Of a stretch of 64,000 nucleotides of DNA, positions 29,537 through 38,684 are shown one piece after another. Source of the DNA: an uncultured delta proteobacterium. GTDB lineage: Bacteria > Myxococcota_A > UBA9160 > SZUA-336. The DNA lies in NCBI GenBank assembly GCA_963704165.1, contig CAVPHD010000001.1:224001-288000 (forward strand), in the 5' to 3' direction. Numbering within the stretch: the first letter of the stretch is position 1; each line of letters starts with the position of its first letter. The translations under genes were made by a program, and so were the position numbers. The notes beneath the pieces are model-generated. The model was given only the letters and a program-made list of their open reading frames with translations. It did not search any database and was not told the origin of the DNA.

Positions 29537-30136
29537 TCGCGACCAGTCGGACCACGGCGGCGGGGCCGCGGTGTCCTTCGCCCTCGTCGAGCTCGGTCTC
29601 GGTCTCTTCGAGAAGCGCGATTTCCATTCCGGCGAAGTCGAGCGCGAGGTCGGCCGCGGTCTGCAGCCGGTCGGGTGTCGACGGCCCCCCGCTCGGTCGG
29701 CCGAGCTGCGCGGGCGTGAACGCTTCGAGGATCACGCGCCCCCCGGGCCGCAGCGCTCGCGTCGCCGCAGGTGCACCGCCCTGCGCATCTCGGGCGGCAG
29801 GTGTACGAAGATCAGTGCGACTGCGTCGAAGCTCGACTCGGGAAGCGGGTACTCGGGCACGCGACCGATCACGACTTCGAGCTCGACTCCGAAGCGCCGG
29901 GCGAGCGCCGTGCACTTGTGCGCGGCGACGGCGGACTGGTCGAGCGAGGTGACGCGAAACCCGTTCCGCGCGAGCCACACGCCGTTGCGGCCTTCGCCGT
30001 CGCCGAGACACAGCACCGCACCGCCCTTCTCGATCTCTTCGGCGCGCGAGGCGAGGAACGCGTTCGGCTCGGCACCGAACCGGTACGCATCCCCCTGATA
30101 GACGCGATCCCAGAACTCGGCTTCGGGATGACTCAC
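29523..30136 (-). CDS. Class I SAM-dependent methyltransferase (TehB/TPMT-like); apparent frameshift near 29770
   Basis: FWDRVY...YRFGAEPNAFL and VLCLGDGEGRNGVWLA; then ALRPGGRVILEAF...SGGP...LDEGEGHRG in a shifted frame. Confidence 0.82.
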
Positions 30137-30607
30137 AGCCAGCGCCTGACGCGCGCGCGGTACGCGCGGTACACGTCGCCGAACTTCCGCTCGAGGTACG
30201 CCTCCTCGCGCAGGATGACACCGAAGTGCATCACGACGAGGAGCGGCGCGAGCAGACCGAGCACCCAGAGGCTGTCTCCCATCACCGCCGCGCCGGAATA
30301 GAGCGACATCAGGCCGATGTAGAGCGGATTGCGCGAGTACCGGTACGGCCCGTCGGTGACGATCGTCTCGGTCGGCCGGTGCGTCTCGATGTTCGTGCCC
30401 GCGCGGCGCTGCTGGCGGATTCCCGCGGTCATGACGAAAGTGCCGAATCGCGAGCAGCACGGTGCCGAGCCACGAAGCGCAGTCGGGCCCGGGACGAAGC
30501 TCGTCGGCCAGACGAACTCCAGCGCGAAGCCGGTCGCGATCGTGGCCGAGGAAGATCTGCGGCGGTCGCGCGATCACCGCCGGATGGTCGGGAAGAGACA
30601 CCGTCAT
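30133..30607 (-). CDS. Isoprenylcysteine carboxylmethyltransferase family protein (several apparent frameshifts)
   Basis: N-terminus DHPAVIARPP; C-terminus IVTDGPYRYSRNPLYIG and EEAYLERKFGDVYRAYRARVRRW. Confidence 0.82.
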
Positions 30608-31867
30608 GTGACACCTCCGAGGTCCACTTCGAAAATCGTTCCGCCGCCCTCCCGGGGTCGGCAGCGCGCCTCGCCCCCGTGGTGGCGCGCGATCTGGCGC
30701 ACGAGCGCGAGACCGAGACCGAAGCTGCCGTCCTTCGACTCGGCCGCACCCGTCGGGCGATAGAAGGGCGCGAAGATCCGCTCTCGCTCGCTCTCGGGAA
30801 CGCCGGGGCCGCGATCGGCGACACGGAGCCGCGCGCGCCCGGGACCGAGCTTCGCGACCGTGAGCTCGACCTCCGCGCCGTTGCCGTGCCGCTCGCGCGT
30901 TCTCGAGCAGGTTTCGCACGAGCCGGCGCAGCAACGTGCGGTCGCCGACCAGATCCACCGCCTCGCCGTCGACGGATCCACCGCACTCCGACGCCTCCTC
31001 GGCGGCGAGCCCGAGCAGATCGATCGGCTCTCTGCGCTCGAGGGCGTGGCCGGGGCCGAGCGCTTCGAGACGGCTCGCGAGCAGGAGCTCGCCGATCAGA
31101 TCGTCGAGCTCGGCGATGTCGCGCGCGACGCGCGCGCGAAGCTCCGCGCCCTCCTCGCCGCCGAGGAGCTCGATCGCGACACGGATTCGCGCGAGCGGTG
31201 AACGCAGCTCGTGCGACGCGGACGCGAGCGTTCCGCGCTGCGCGGCGACGAGGGTCTCGATTCGTTCGGCGGCGCGATTGAAGCTCCGGGCGAGATCGGC
31301 GATCTCGTCGGCACCGCGCACCTCGACACGCGCCGAGAGATCACCGGAGCCGAGCGCCTCGACCTGTGCACCGAGTCGCTCCAGTCGGCGCGTGATCCTT
31401 CGCGTGATCGGGTACGCCCCGAGCGCGATCGCGGCCGCGAGCGCCGCGATGCCGATCACCCAGCCGAATCGCTCGTGCGCGTGATGAGCGGCGAGCGTGC
31501 GGCCGTCGGGAAGCCTCACGGCGAACATCGTGCTGTGCTGGCGGTGCGTGCTGCCGCGCTCGAGGTCGCGCGAGTCGGGGGCGGGGAGCAGCGCGCCGAC
31601 GTGGGCGATCAGGCCGCCGTTCGCGTCGCGCAGCGTCATGTCGGCTTCGAGGTCCCCCGCGAGAAGCGCGAGCGCGGCCTGGGTTTCGGCTGCCGGCGCG
31701 TCCGGCGGTGGAAGCGCGCGCGCGATCACCGCGCCCACGCCCTGGAAGAGCCGCCTTCCGTCGTCGCGAGACGGGCCGATCACGCTCCACGCGAGCCCGA
31801 TCAAGAGCGTGAAGACGACCAGGATCGCGACCACCATCAGGTAGACCTGCAGGTACAGGCGTCGCAT
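30604..31867 (-). CDS. HAMP-domain sensor histidine kinase (apparent frameshift near 30895)
   Basis: Two TM helices, HAMP, H-box ASHELRSPLARI, N-box NLLENA, and G-boxes VADRGPGV and GLGLALV. Confidence 0.9.
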
Positions 31868-32586
31868 CAGGAGTCCCCATCCTCGTCGCCGTCCTCGTCC
31901 TGGCGGCGCGCGAATACGTAGCCGGCGCCGCGGAGCGTGAGGATCCGGCGCGGTCGGCGCGGGTCGTCCTCGATCGCGGCGCGGATCCGCGATATGTGCA
32001 CGTCGATGCTGCGATCGAAGGCTTCGAGGGTCTCGCCGCGAACCCGATTCATCAGCGCGTCGCGGGAGAGCACACGACCCGGGTTCTCGGCGAGCGCGAC
32101 CAGGAGCTCGAACTGATGACTCGTGAGTGACTTCTCTTCGCCCGCCACGCGCACCACGCGCGCATCGCGGTCGATCTCGAGCCGGCCGAATCGAAGGAGT
32201 GCTCCCGACCTCGCGGACGTCGGCCGCTGGCGACGCAGGATGGCGCGAAGGCGCGCGAGCAGCTCACGCGGGTTGAACGGTTTGGGCAGGTAGTCGTCCG
32301 CGCCGAGCTCGAGGCCGACGATCCGATCGTCTTCGTCGCCTCGCGCCGTGAGCATCAGGATCGGCAGATCCGAGCTCGCACGAACCGATCGGCAGACTTC
32401 GAACCCGTCCAGGTCCGGCAGCATCAGATCGAGCACGAGCGCGTCGAAGCGCCCGCGCCCGAGCTCCGAGAGGCCGGTCGCGGCGTCGGACGCGGTCACG
32501 ACCTCGAGCCCGCGGGTGCCGAGGTACTGCGCGACCATTCCCGAGAGGCTCGTGTCGTCGTCGATCATGAGGATTCGCGGAGCCAT
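31867..32586 (-). CDS. OmpR/CpxR-family response regulator
   Basis: ILMIDDD, LDLMLP, GADDYLPKPF, FDRSIDVHISRIR and RGAGY; AGGAGG RBS. Confidence 0.95.
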   Translation of the reverse strand: MAPRILMIDDDTSLSGMVAQYLGTRGLEVVTASDAATGLSELGRGRFDALVLDLMLPDLDGFEVCRSVRASSDLPILMLTARGDEDDRIVGLELGADDYLPKPFNPRELLARLRAILRRQRPTSARSGALLRFGRLEIDRDARVVRVAGEEKSLTSHQFELLVALAENPGRVLSRDALMNRVRGETLEAFDRSIDVHISRIRAAIEDDPRRPRRILTLRGAGYVFARRQDEDGDEDGDS

Positions 32587-32596
32587 GCGCCTCCTG

Positions 32597-32632
32597 GTGG
32601 GGCCGTGCGCGTGGGCACGCGCACGGCCCCAC
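32597..32632. other. Perfect 17-bp inverted repeat (intercistronic stem-loop)
   Basis: gtggggccgtgcgcgtg-gg-cacgcgcacggccccac, between the Spy/CpxP-like stop and the regulator RBS; no U-tract. Confidence 0.8.
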
Positions 32633-32652
32633 TCTAGCGGAGGACACCCGTC

Positions 32653-33183
32653 CTAGTGGTCGTGTCGCCCGTGCATCTCCTGGGCGTACTCGACCAAGCG
32701 TACGCGCTGCTCGGGTGTCAGCACGGAAGCGGCATCGACGACCGCATCCACGAGCTTCTGCGAGAGCGCCTCCAGCGTCGCGAGCTCCTCGGCGCGCAGC
32801 GTCTGGATCGACACGCGCGAGAGCTCGGGGCGGGAGAGCTCGGCGAGCAAGAGCTCGTGTCGCTCGCGGTGCAGCTCGCGCAGACCCTGCAGCTCCTGCA
32901 TGAAGCCGAGCACGATCGTCGTGACCTGCTCGGTCTGCTCGGGCGTGGCATCGACTTCGTCGAGCACGAACTCGGTCATGAATTCGGCGTGCTTGCGCGC
33001 GCGCTCGGGATTGTCTCCCCAGTTTCCGTGCCGATGGCCGGCGAACGCTGCGCGGCCGACCCAGGCGCCGAGCGCCTCGGGCGGTGCCGCGGCAATGGCC
33101 AGCCCCAACACGAACACGCAGAGAAGCGCACCGGCCAGGATCTCCTTCCAGAGGGATCGACGGATCGGGTTCTCGGTCATCAC
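32653..33183 (-). CDS. Spy/CpxP-family periplasmic chaperone/accessory protein
   Basis: Signal/TM region, ATPEQ and VLTPEQR (LTxxQ) motifs; directly upstream of the RR-HK pair. Confidence 0.85.
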   Translation of the reverse strand: MMTENPIRRSLWKEILAGALLCVFVLGLAIAAAPPEALGAWVGRAAFAGHRHGNWGDNPERARKHAEFMTEFVLDEVDATPEQTEQVTTIVLGFMQELQGLRELHRERHELLLAELSRPELSRVSIQTLRAEELATLEALSQKLVDAVVDAASVLTPEQRVRLVEYAQEMHGRHDH

Positions 33184-33229
33184 GTCTCCTTTCGTTCGAG
33201 GTCTCGCGATCCCGCGAGCCTCGAGCCGG

Positions 33230-33282
33230 AGACTAGGTGTCCGCCTTTTCCGACTTCCGTCCGGAAGGTAAAGAACCGTGAA
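33230..33282 (-). promoter_or_regulatory. Putative promoter of the Spy/CpxP-like operon with a CpxR-type box
   Basis: TAGTCT -10 on the minus strand at 33230-33235; GTAAA-N5-GTGAA on the plus strand at 33268-33282, resembling the CpxR consensus GTAAA-N5-GTAAA. Confidence 0.5.
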
Positions 33283-34663
33283 GTTCGCTCGTGATCTGTT
33301 CGAGCGTGAGACCGCGCGTTTCGGGCGCGTAGCGGAGGACCAGAAGCGCTCCGATGATCGGACCGACGGCGACGACCGCGATCGCGCCCGGGATTCCGAG
33401 CGGTGCGATCAAAAGACCGATGAAGATGGGGGTCAATACTTCCGTGACCCGACCCGCGAGGTTCGTCGTCCAGCCATAGCCCGTGGCGCGGATCTCGGTG
33501 GGAAAGAGCTCCGAGGCGTAGACGTGCGTCGATGTGTTGGCCGCGGCGAAGCAGAAGACGGTCATGACCATCCACACGTACTGCCCCGCGACCGAGGGCA
33601 CGTGATACAGGAGATAGATCGAGAGCGCGGCCAGGATGTAGAAGCCGGCGCAGGTGTACTTCCGGCCGATCCGGTCGATCAGCCAGCCCGCGACGAAGTG
33701 ACCCGCGACCCCGCCGCCGTAGCCCCAGAAGACGATGTCGCCCACCTGGTGCGTCGTGAGCTTCAGCTGTTCGCGCGCGAAGATCACCCAGAAGATCGTC
33801 GATGGACCGGTGACGATGAACACCGAGTTCCACAAGAGCGCGACGATCGCGGACCGCCGTCGGTACTCCTTCCGCCAGGGAAGTCCGGCTTCGCGCACGA
33901 GGTCGCGCCAGCTGCGCTTGGGGCCGGCGGCCTTGCGCTCGCGTTCGGCCTCGAAGCGACGCGTCTCCCGCATCGCGATGCGCAGCACGAGCACGAGCAC
34001 GAGTGGCAGCAACCCTAGCGCGTACAGGGCGCGCCAGTTCGCGCCATCGACGCCGAGTCCGAACGAGACCTGCGCGACCGACACGATTCCCTGTCCGAGA
34101 CCGTGAAGCCAGTTCCCCTCCGCGCCTTCGGCCAGGAGGACGTACGGCTGGATCTTCGCCATCCCCATCACGCCGACGGTGGCGAGGCTCGTGAGGATCG
34201 CGATCGAGCGCCCGCGCAGGCGCGCCGGGAACTCCTCGCCGACCATGATGATCGCGAGCGAATACTCGGCGGTCAGAAAGAGCCGCGCGACGAGCTGCAG
34301 CGCGGTGAACTGGACTTTGTCGGTGACGAGCGCCGTCGCGCCGTTCGCGATCGTGAACCCGATCACCGTCAGCATCATCACCCTGCGTCGGCCGACCCGG
34401 TCGGCGAAGAAGAGGAAGACGAACGACGCCATCACGCCCATGCGCGTGATGCCGTTGATCAGCCCCCAGTCCGCGAGATCGATTCCGAGCGAGGCACGCA
34501 CGTCGGGTGCGGCAAAGCCGATCATCGCGGCGTCGAACCCGTCGAAGAGCGTCGCGGTCGAGAGCAGCACGAACAGGAACCCGAGATAGGGGGTCACCCG
34601 GTCGATCTCGAGCGCGGCGGCAGGCGTCGCCTTCGAATCGGGTCGGGGCGCGGAGCCTGCCAC
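33233..34663 (-). CDS. MFS transporter
   Basis: FDGFD, FADRVGRRR, EEFPARLRGR, LIDRIGRK, SELFPTEIRATG and PETRG. Confidence 0.92.
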   Translation of the reverse strand: MAGSAPRPDSKATPAAALEIDRVTPYLGFLFVLLSTATLFDGFDAAMIGFAAPDVRASLGIDLADWGLINGITRMGVMASFVFLFFADRVGRRRVMMLTVIGFTIANGATALVTDKVQFTALQLVARLFLTAEYSLAIIMVGEEFPARLRGRSIAILTSLATVGVMGMAKIQPYVLLAEGAEGNWLHGLGQGIVSVAQVSFGLGVDGANWRALYALGLLPLVLVLVLRIAMRETRRFEAERERKAAGPKRSWRDLVREAGLPWRKEYRRRSAIVALLWNSVFIVTGPSTIFWVIFAREQLKLTTHQVGDIVFWGYGGGVAGHFVAGWLIDRIGRKYTCAGFYILAALSIYLLYHVPSVAGQYVWMVMTVFCFAAANTSTHVYASELFPTEIRATGYGWTTNLAGRVTEVLTPIFIGLLIAPLGIPGAIAVVAVGPIIGALLVLRYAPETRGLTLEQITSELHGSLPSGRKSEKADT

Positions 34664-34739
34664 GTCGCGAGACTACCAAGACTTCGCTTGCCACGCGCAT
34701 GGCCGAGAGCCTAGGCTCGCAGGAGAGGGAGTCCGGACA

Positions 34740-36059
34740 CTGAGCCGAGCCGTTGCAGATCGACCCGGCGACGTCCGCGCGCCTGCCGGCACGCCGACAC
34801 CGGGCCCGACTCCGGCCTTCACGCCGGGCTATCGCACGTACGCGCTCGGGGTTCTGGTCGTCGTCTACGTGCTGAACTTCGTCGATCGTCAGATCCTGAC
34901 GATCCTCGCCAAGCCGATCGCGGACGAGCTCGGTTTCTCGGACACACAGCTCGGCCTTCTGACCGGCCCCGCGTTCGCGCTCTTCTACACCTTCGCCGGG
35001 ATTCCGATCGCGCGCTGGGCCGACGTCGGCGTCCGCCGCTCGATCATCGCGCTCGCGCTTCTGATCTGGAGTGGAATGACGGCCGTCACCGCGCTCGCCG
35101 GCAACCTGACCCAGCTCGCGCTGGCACGTGTCGGTGTAGGCGTCGGCGAGGCGGGCTGCAGTCCGCCGGCGCACTCCTTGATCTCGGATCTGTTCCCGGT
35201 CGAGCGGCGTGCGACGGCGCTCGCGATCTACTCGCTCGGCATTCCGATCGGCGGCGCGCTCGGCAGCCTGCTCGGCGGCTGGCTCGGGCAGCTCTACGGC
35301 TGGAGAGTCGCGTTCCTCGCCGTGGGTCTGCCGGGCGTTCTGCTCGCGCTCGTCGTGCGCTACACGCTGCGCGAGCCGCCGCGAGAGGCCGTGCACCGCC
35401 GCGAGAGCGTGCGCGAGGTCTTCAGCTTCATGGCGCGACGCCCGGCATTCGTGCACATGTCGATCGGCGCCGCACTGCACGCGTTCTACGGCTACGGTGC
35501 GGCCTCGTTCATTCCCGTCTTCCTGATGCGCGTGCACGGTCTTCAGCTCGGCGAGCTCGGCACCTGGCTCGCCGCGATCGGACTCACGACGGGCGTCGCC
35601 GGAACCTATCTCGGCGGCTCGATCTCGGACCGGCTCGCGAAGCTCGAGGTGAGCTGGTACATGCGCGTGCCGGCGATCGCATCGATCATCGGCGTGCCCT
35701 TCTCGTTCCTCTTCTACCTCTGGCCCGAGGGCCGGACGGCGCTCTTGCTCTCGATTCCCGGTGCGCTGCTCGGGCCGATCTACCTCGGCCCGACCTTCGC
35801 GATGACCCAGAGCCTGGTGCGTCCGCACATGCGCGCGCTCGCCTCTGCGATCCTGCTCTTCATCATCAACCTGATCGGGCTCGGTCTCGGCCCCTGGTTC
35901 GTCGGCATGCTCTCGGACGCGTTGAAGCCCAGCTACGGCACCGACGCGATCCGCTACGCGCTGCTCGGGACCATCGTCGTGGGTTCGCTCTGGTCGTCCG
36001 TGCACTACCTGATCGCCGCACGCACGCTCGCCGCGGATCTGCAGGCGAAGGACGCCTGA
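34740..36059 (+). CDS. MFS transporter, spinster-like
   Basis: VLNFVDRQIL, GVGEAGCSPPAHSLISDLFP and NLIGLGLGP; frame open upstream to CTG 34740 after AGGAGAGG. Confidence 0.9.
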   Translation: MSRAVADRPGDVRAPAGTPTPGPTPAFTPGYRTYALGVLVVVYVLNFVDRQILTILAKPIADELGFSDTQLGLLTGPAFALFYTFAGIPIARWADVGVRRSIIALALLIWSGMTAVTALAGNLTQLALARVGVGVGEAGCSPPAHSLISDLFPVERRATALAIYSLGIPIGGALGSLLGGWLGQLYGWRVAFLAVGLPGVLLALVVRYTLREPPREAVHRRESVREVFSFMARRPAFVHMSIGAALHAFYGYGAASFIPVFLMRVHGLQLGELGTWLAAIGLTTGVAGTYLGGSISDRLAKLEVSWYMRVPAIASIIGVPFSFLFYLWPEGRTALLLSIPGALLGPIYLGPTFAMTQSLVRPHMRALASAILLFIINLIGLGLGPWFVGMLSDALKPSYGTDAIRYALLGTIVVGSLWSSVHYLIAARTLAADLQAKDA

Positions 36060-36092
36060 CAAGTCCGGGCCCCTTCGCTACACGGACGCCCC

Positions 36093-36896
36093 GTGGGTTC
36101 GGTGCGTCCCTACCTCCAGTTCGCCCGCCTCGCGTTCCAGCGCCGCGCCGCCTATCGGCTCGCCAACTGGACTGGCGTCGCGGTGAACGTCTTCTTCCTG
36201 CTCGTGCACGCGCAGGTGCTGCTCGCGTTCTTCCGAGCGCGCCCGGGGGCGCTCGGTTGGACGCCGAACGAGGCGGTGCTCTACTTCACGGCTTCGGAAG
36301 CGCTCCTGATGGTGGTCGGGACCTTCGCCGACTACCGCTACAACCTGTCCGAGCGAATCCGCACGGGCGAGGTGGTGACGGATCTCGCACGTCCGGTCAC
36401 GCTCTTCTGGCGCGACGTCGCCGAGCGCTACGGCACCGCGCTCTACTATCTGATCGCGCGGTTTCCGCCGGTGTACCTGACGGGCGTCGTCCTCTGGGGC
36501 GTGACCCCGCCGCTTCGGTTCGAGACGTTCCTGTTTCCCGTGTCCCTCGTGCTCGCGGTCGGAGTCTCGGCCGGGCTCTGGTACGTCGTCTGCGCGTCGG
36601 CCTACTTCAGGAACACCGCGAACGGGGAGCTCACCGCGCTCGTCTTCGCCAACACACTTCTCGGTGGAATGGTCGTGCCGCTCGACTTCTACCCGGAAGG
36701 GCTTCGCGCGGTCGCGGACGCGTTGCCGTTTCGCGCGACGCTGTACACACCGGTCGCCCTGCTCAGCGGAAAACTCTCGGGCACGGCACTGGTCTTCGGT
36801 CTGCTCCACCAGGTCGCGTGGCTCGGCATACTCTCGGCCGCGTCCCTCGCGATCGAATCCCGCGGCCTGCGCCGCCTCTCGACGCAGGGCGGGTAG
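36093..36896 (+). CDS. ABC-2 family exporter permease
   Basis: Hydrophobic; ERIRTGEVVTDLARP, GGMVVPLDFYP and LPF..TLYTP; C-terminal QGG. Confidence 0.88.
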   Translation: MGSVRPYLQFARLAFQRRAAYRLANWTGVAVNVFFLLVHAQVLLAFFRARPGALGWTPNEAVLYFTASEALLMVVGTFADYRYNLSERIRTGEVVTDLARPVTLFWRDVAERYGTALYYLIARFPPVYLTGVVLWGVTPPLRFETFLFPVSLVLAVGVSAGLWYVVCASAYFRNTANGELTALVFANTLLGGMVVPLDFYPEGLRAVADALPFRATLYTPVALLSGKLSGTALVFGLLHQVAWLGILSAASLAIESRGLRRLSTQGG

Positions 36897-36898
36897 CT

Positions 36899-37702
36899 TT
36901 GATCGCCAACGCGCTCGCGCTCTGGGCCCGGCTCGCCGGCGCGCAGATCCGCTCGCAGATGCAGTACCGCACGTCCTTCGCGATCCAGAGCGCGGTGATG
37001 TTCGGCGTGGTGCTGAGCGACCTCGTTCCGGTCTGGATCCTCTCGCGCTTCTTCGGGAACCTCGATGGCTGGTCCTTCGCCGAACTCGCGCTGCTCTACG
37101 GAATGGTGGAGACGTCGTGGGCGTGCGTCGAGACGGTCCTGCACGGCTTCGAGAACTTCTCGGTCTACCTTCTCCAGGGAGATCTCGACCGGATCCTCCT
37201 GCGGCCACGCTCGGTCATCCTGCAGGTGGCGTCGCGCGAATTCGACGCCCGCAAGCTCTCGCGCATCGCGCAGGGAATGGTCGTGCTCGCGATCGCGTGC
37301 GTCGTGCTCGACCTCGGCGTGCAGTCGCTCCTCTGGGTTGCGCTCGGTGTCGCGGGCGGCACGCTCTGCTTCGCGGGAATCGTGATGGCGGGCGCGGCGG
37401 TGCAATTCTGGACGCTCGGGCAGGCGCAAGAGCTGCAGAACATCCTGACCTACGGTGGCGCGGCGTCGATGACGTACCCGGTGTCGATCTACGCGACGTG
37501 GTTCCGGCGAGTGCTGACCTACGGCGTTCCACTCGCGTTCGTGAACTACTTCCCGGCGCTCGCGGCCCTCGGCCGAACCGAGTCCGCGGGCTGGCCGGCG
37601 TTCGTGCCGGGCCTCTCGCCGTTCGTCTGCGCGGCCGTGCTCGCGATCGGGATGGCGGCATTCGCGCGCGGGCTGCGGCGTTACGAATCGACGGGGAGCT
37701 AG
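36899..37702 (+). CDS. ABC-2 family exporter permease
   Basis: RSQMQYRTSF, GDLDRILLRP, YPVSIY, PLAFVNYFP and GLRRYESTGS. Confidence 0.88.
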   Translation: MIANALALWARLAGAQIRSQMQYRTSFAIQSAVMFGVVLSDLVPVWILSRFFGNLDGWSFAELALLYGMVETSWACVETVLHGFENFSVYLLQGDLDRILLRPRSVILQVASREFDARKLSRIAQGMVVLAIACVVLDLGVQSLLWVALGVAGGTLCFAGIVMAGAAVQFWTLGQAQELQNILTYGGAASMTYPVSIYATWFRRVLTYGVPLAFVNYFPALAALGRTESAGWPAFVPGLSPFVCAAVLAIGMAAFARGLRRYESTGS

Positions 37703-37706
37703 ACCC

Positions 37707-38684
37707 TTGATCGAGGTCGAGAAGCTCGAGAAGACGTTCCGCGTCGCGCGTCACCACCGCGGGTTCCTCGGCTCGTTCCGGAACCTGGTCGAGACCGGGC
37801 ACGACGTCGTGCGAGCCGTCGACGGCGTGTCGTTCTCGATCGCATCGGGGGAGTTCGTCGGCTTCATCGGCCCGAATGGCGCCGGGAAGTCGACGACGAT
37901 CAAGATGCTGACCGGCGTGCTCGAGCCTTCGGCCGGAGAGATCCGCGTCGGAGGGCTCGTGCCGCGCCGCGACCGGATCGTCCACACCGCGCAGATCGGC
38001 GTCGTCTTCGGCCAGCGCACCCAGCTCTGGTGGGATCTTCCGGTGATCGAGTCCTACACGCTCCTGCGTCACGTCTATCGGGTCCCGGAGCGCGCGTTCG
38101 CCGAGCAGCTCGGGCGTCTCGAGCGACTCCTCGAGCTCCGCCCGCTGCTCGACGTCCCGGTTCGCAAGCTCTCCCTCGGCCAACGCATGCGCTGCGAGCT
38201 CGGCGCCGCACTCCTGCACGCACCCCGGCTCCTGTTCCTGGACGAACCGACGATCGGACTCGACGTGCTCGCGAAGGAGGCGATCCGCGAGTTCCTGGCC
38301 ACCGAGAACCGCGAGCGCGGCACGACGATCCTGCTCACGACCCACGACCTCTCCGACATCGAGCGGCTCTGTCCGCGCATGATCCTGATCGATCACGGCC
38401 ACGTCGTGTACGACGGATCGGTCGAGGCGATTCGCCGCGAGCTCGGAAGCGAGCGCCGCCTGGTCGTCGATTTCGAGGGCGAACCGCCCACCGGCGTGCC
38501 CGACGACGTCGAGATCGTGGAGCGCGCGGCTCGACGCCTGGTCCTGCGCTTCCGTCGCGACCGGATCGGACCCGCCGCGCTGATCAGCTGGCTCGGCGAA
38601 CGCGCGCCGATCTCGGACCTCTCGCTCGAGGAGCCGCCGATCGAAGGCATCGTCGCGGAGCTGTACCGGCGCGGGCGCTCGTGA
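37707..38684 (+). CDS. ABC transporter ATP-binding protein
   Basis: Walker A GPNGAGKST, LSLGQRMR, Walker B LLFLDEPT and TTHD. Confidence 0.95.
   Translation: MIEVEKLEKTFRVARHHRGFLGSFRNLVETGHDVVRAVDGVSFSIASGEFVGFIGPNGAGKSTTIKMLTGVLEPSAGEIRVGGLVPRRDRIVHTAQIGVVFGQRTQLWWDLPVIESYTLLRHVYRVPERAFAEQLGRLERLLELRPLLDVPVRKLSLGQRMRCELGAALLHAPRLLFLDEPTIGLDVLAKEAIREFLATENRERGTTILLTTHDLSDIERLCPRMILIDHGHVVYDGSVEAIRRELGSERRLVVDFEGEPPTGVPDDVEIVERAARRLVLRFRRDRIGPAALISWLGERAPISDLSLEEPPIEGIVAELYRRGRS

Noticed and set aside
28937..31867. Run of frameshifted genes as a decaying pseudogene island
   Set aside because: Motifs, starts, stops and overlaps are intact, and the same indel pattern affects essential serS, so sequencing error is more likely
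32597..32632. Strong hairpin as an intrinsic terminator
   Set aside because: No U-tract on either strand, and it sits directly before an RBS; kept only as a structural element
17552..36062. Very long antisense or alternative-frame ORFs (e.g. 17552..20128 -, 33180..36062 -, and many others in the track)
   Set aside because: Arg/Ala/Pro-rich shadow ORFs expected from high GC and codon bias; no motifs, and they overlap well-supported genes
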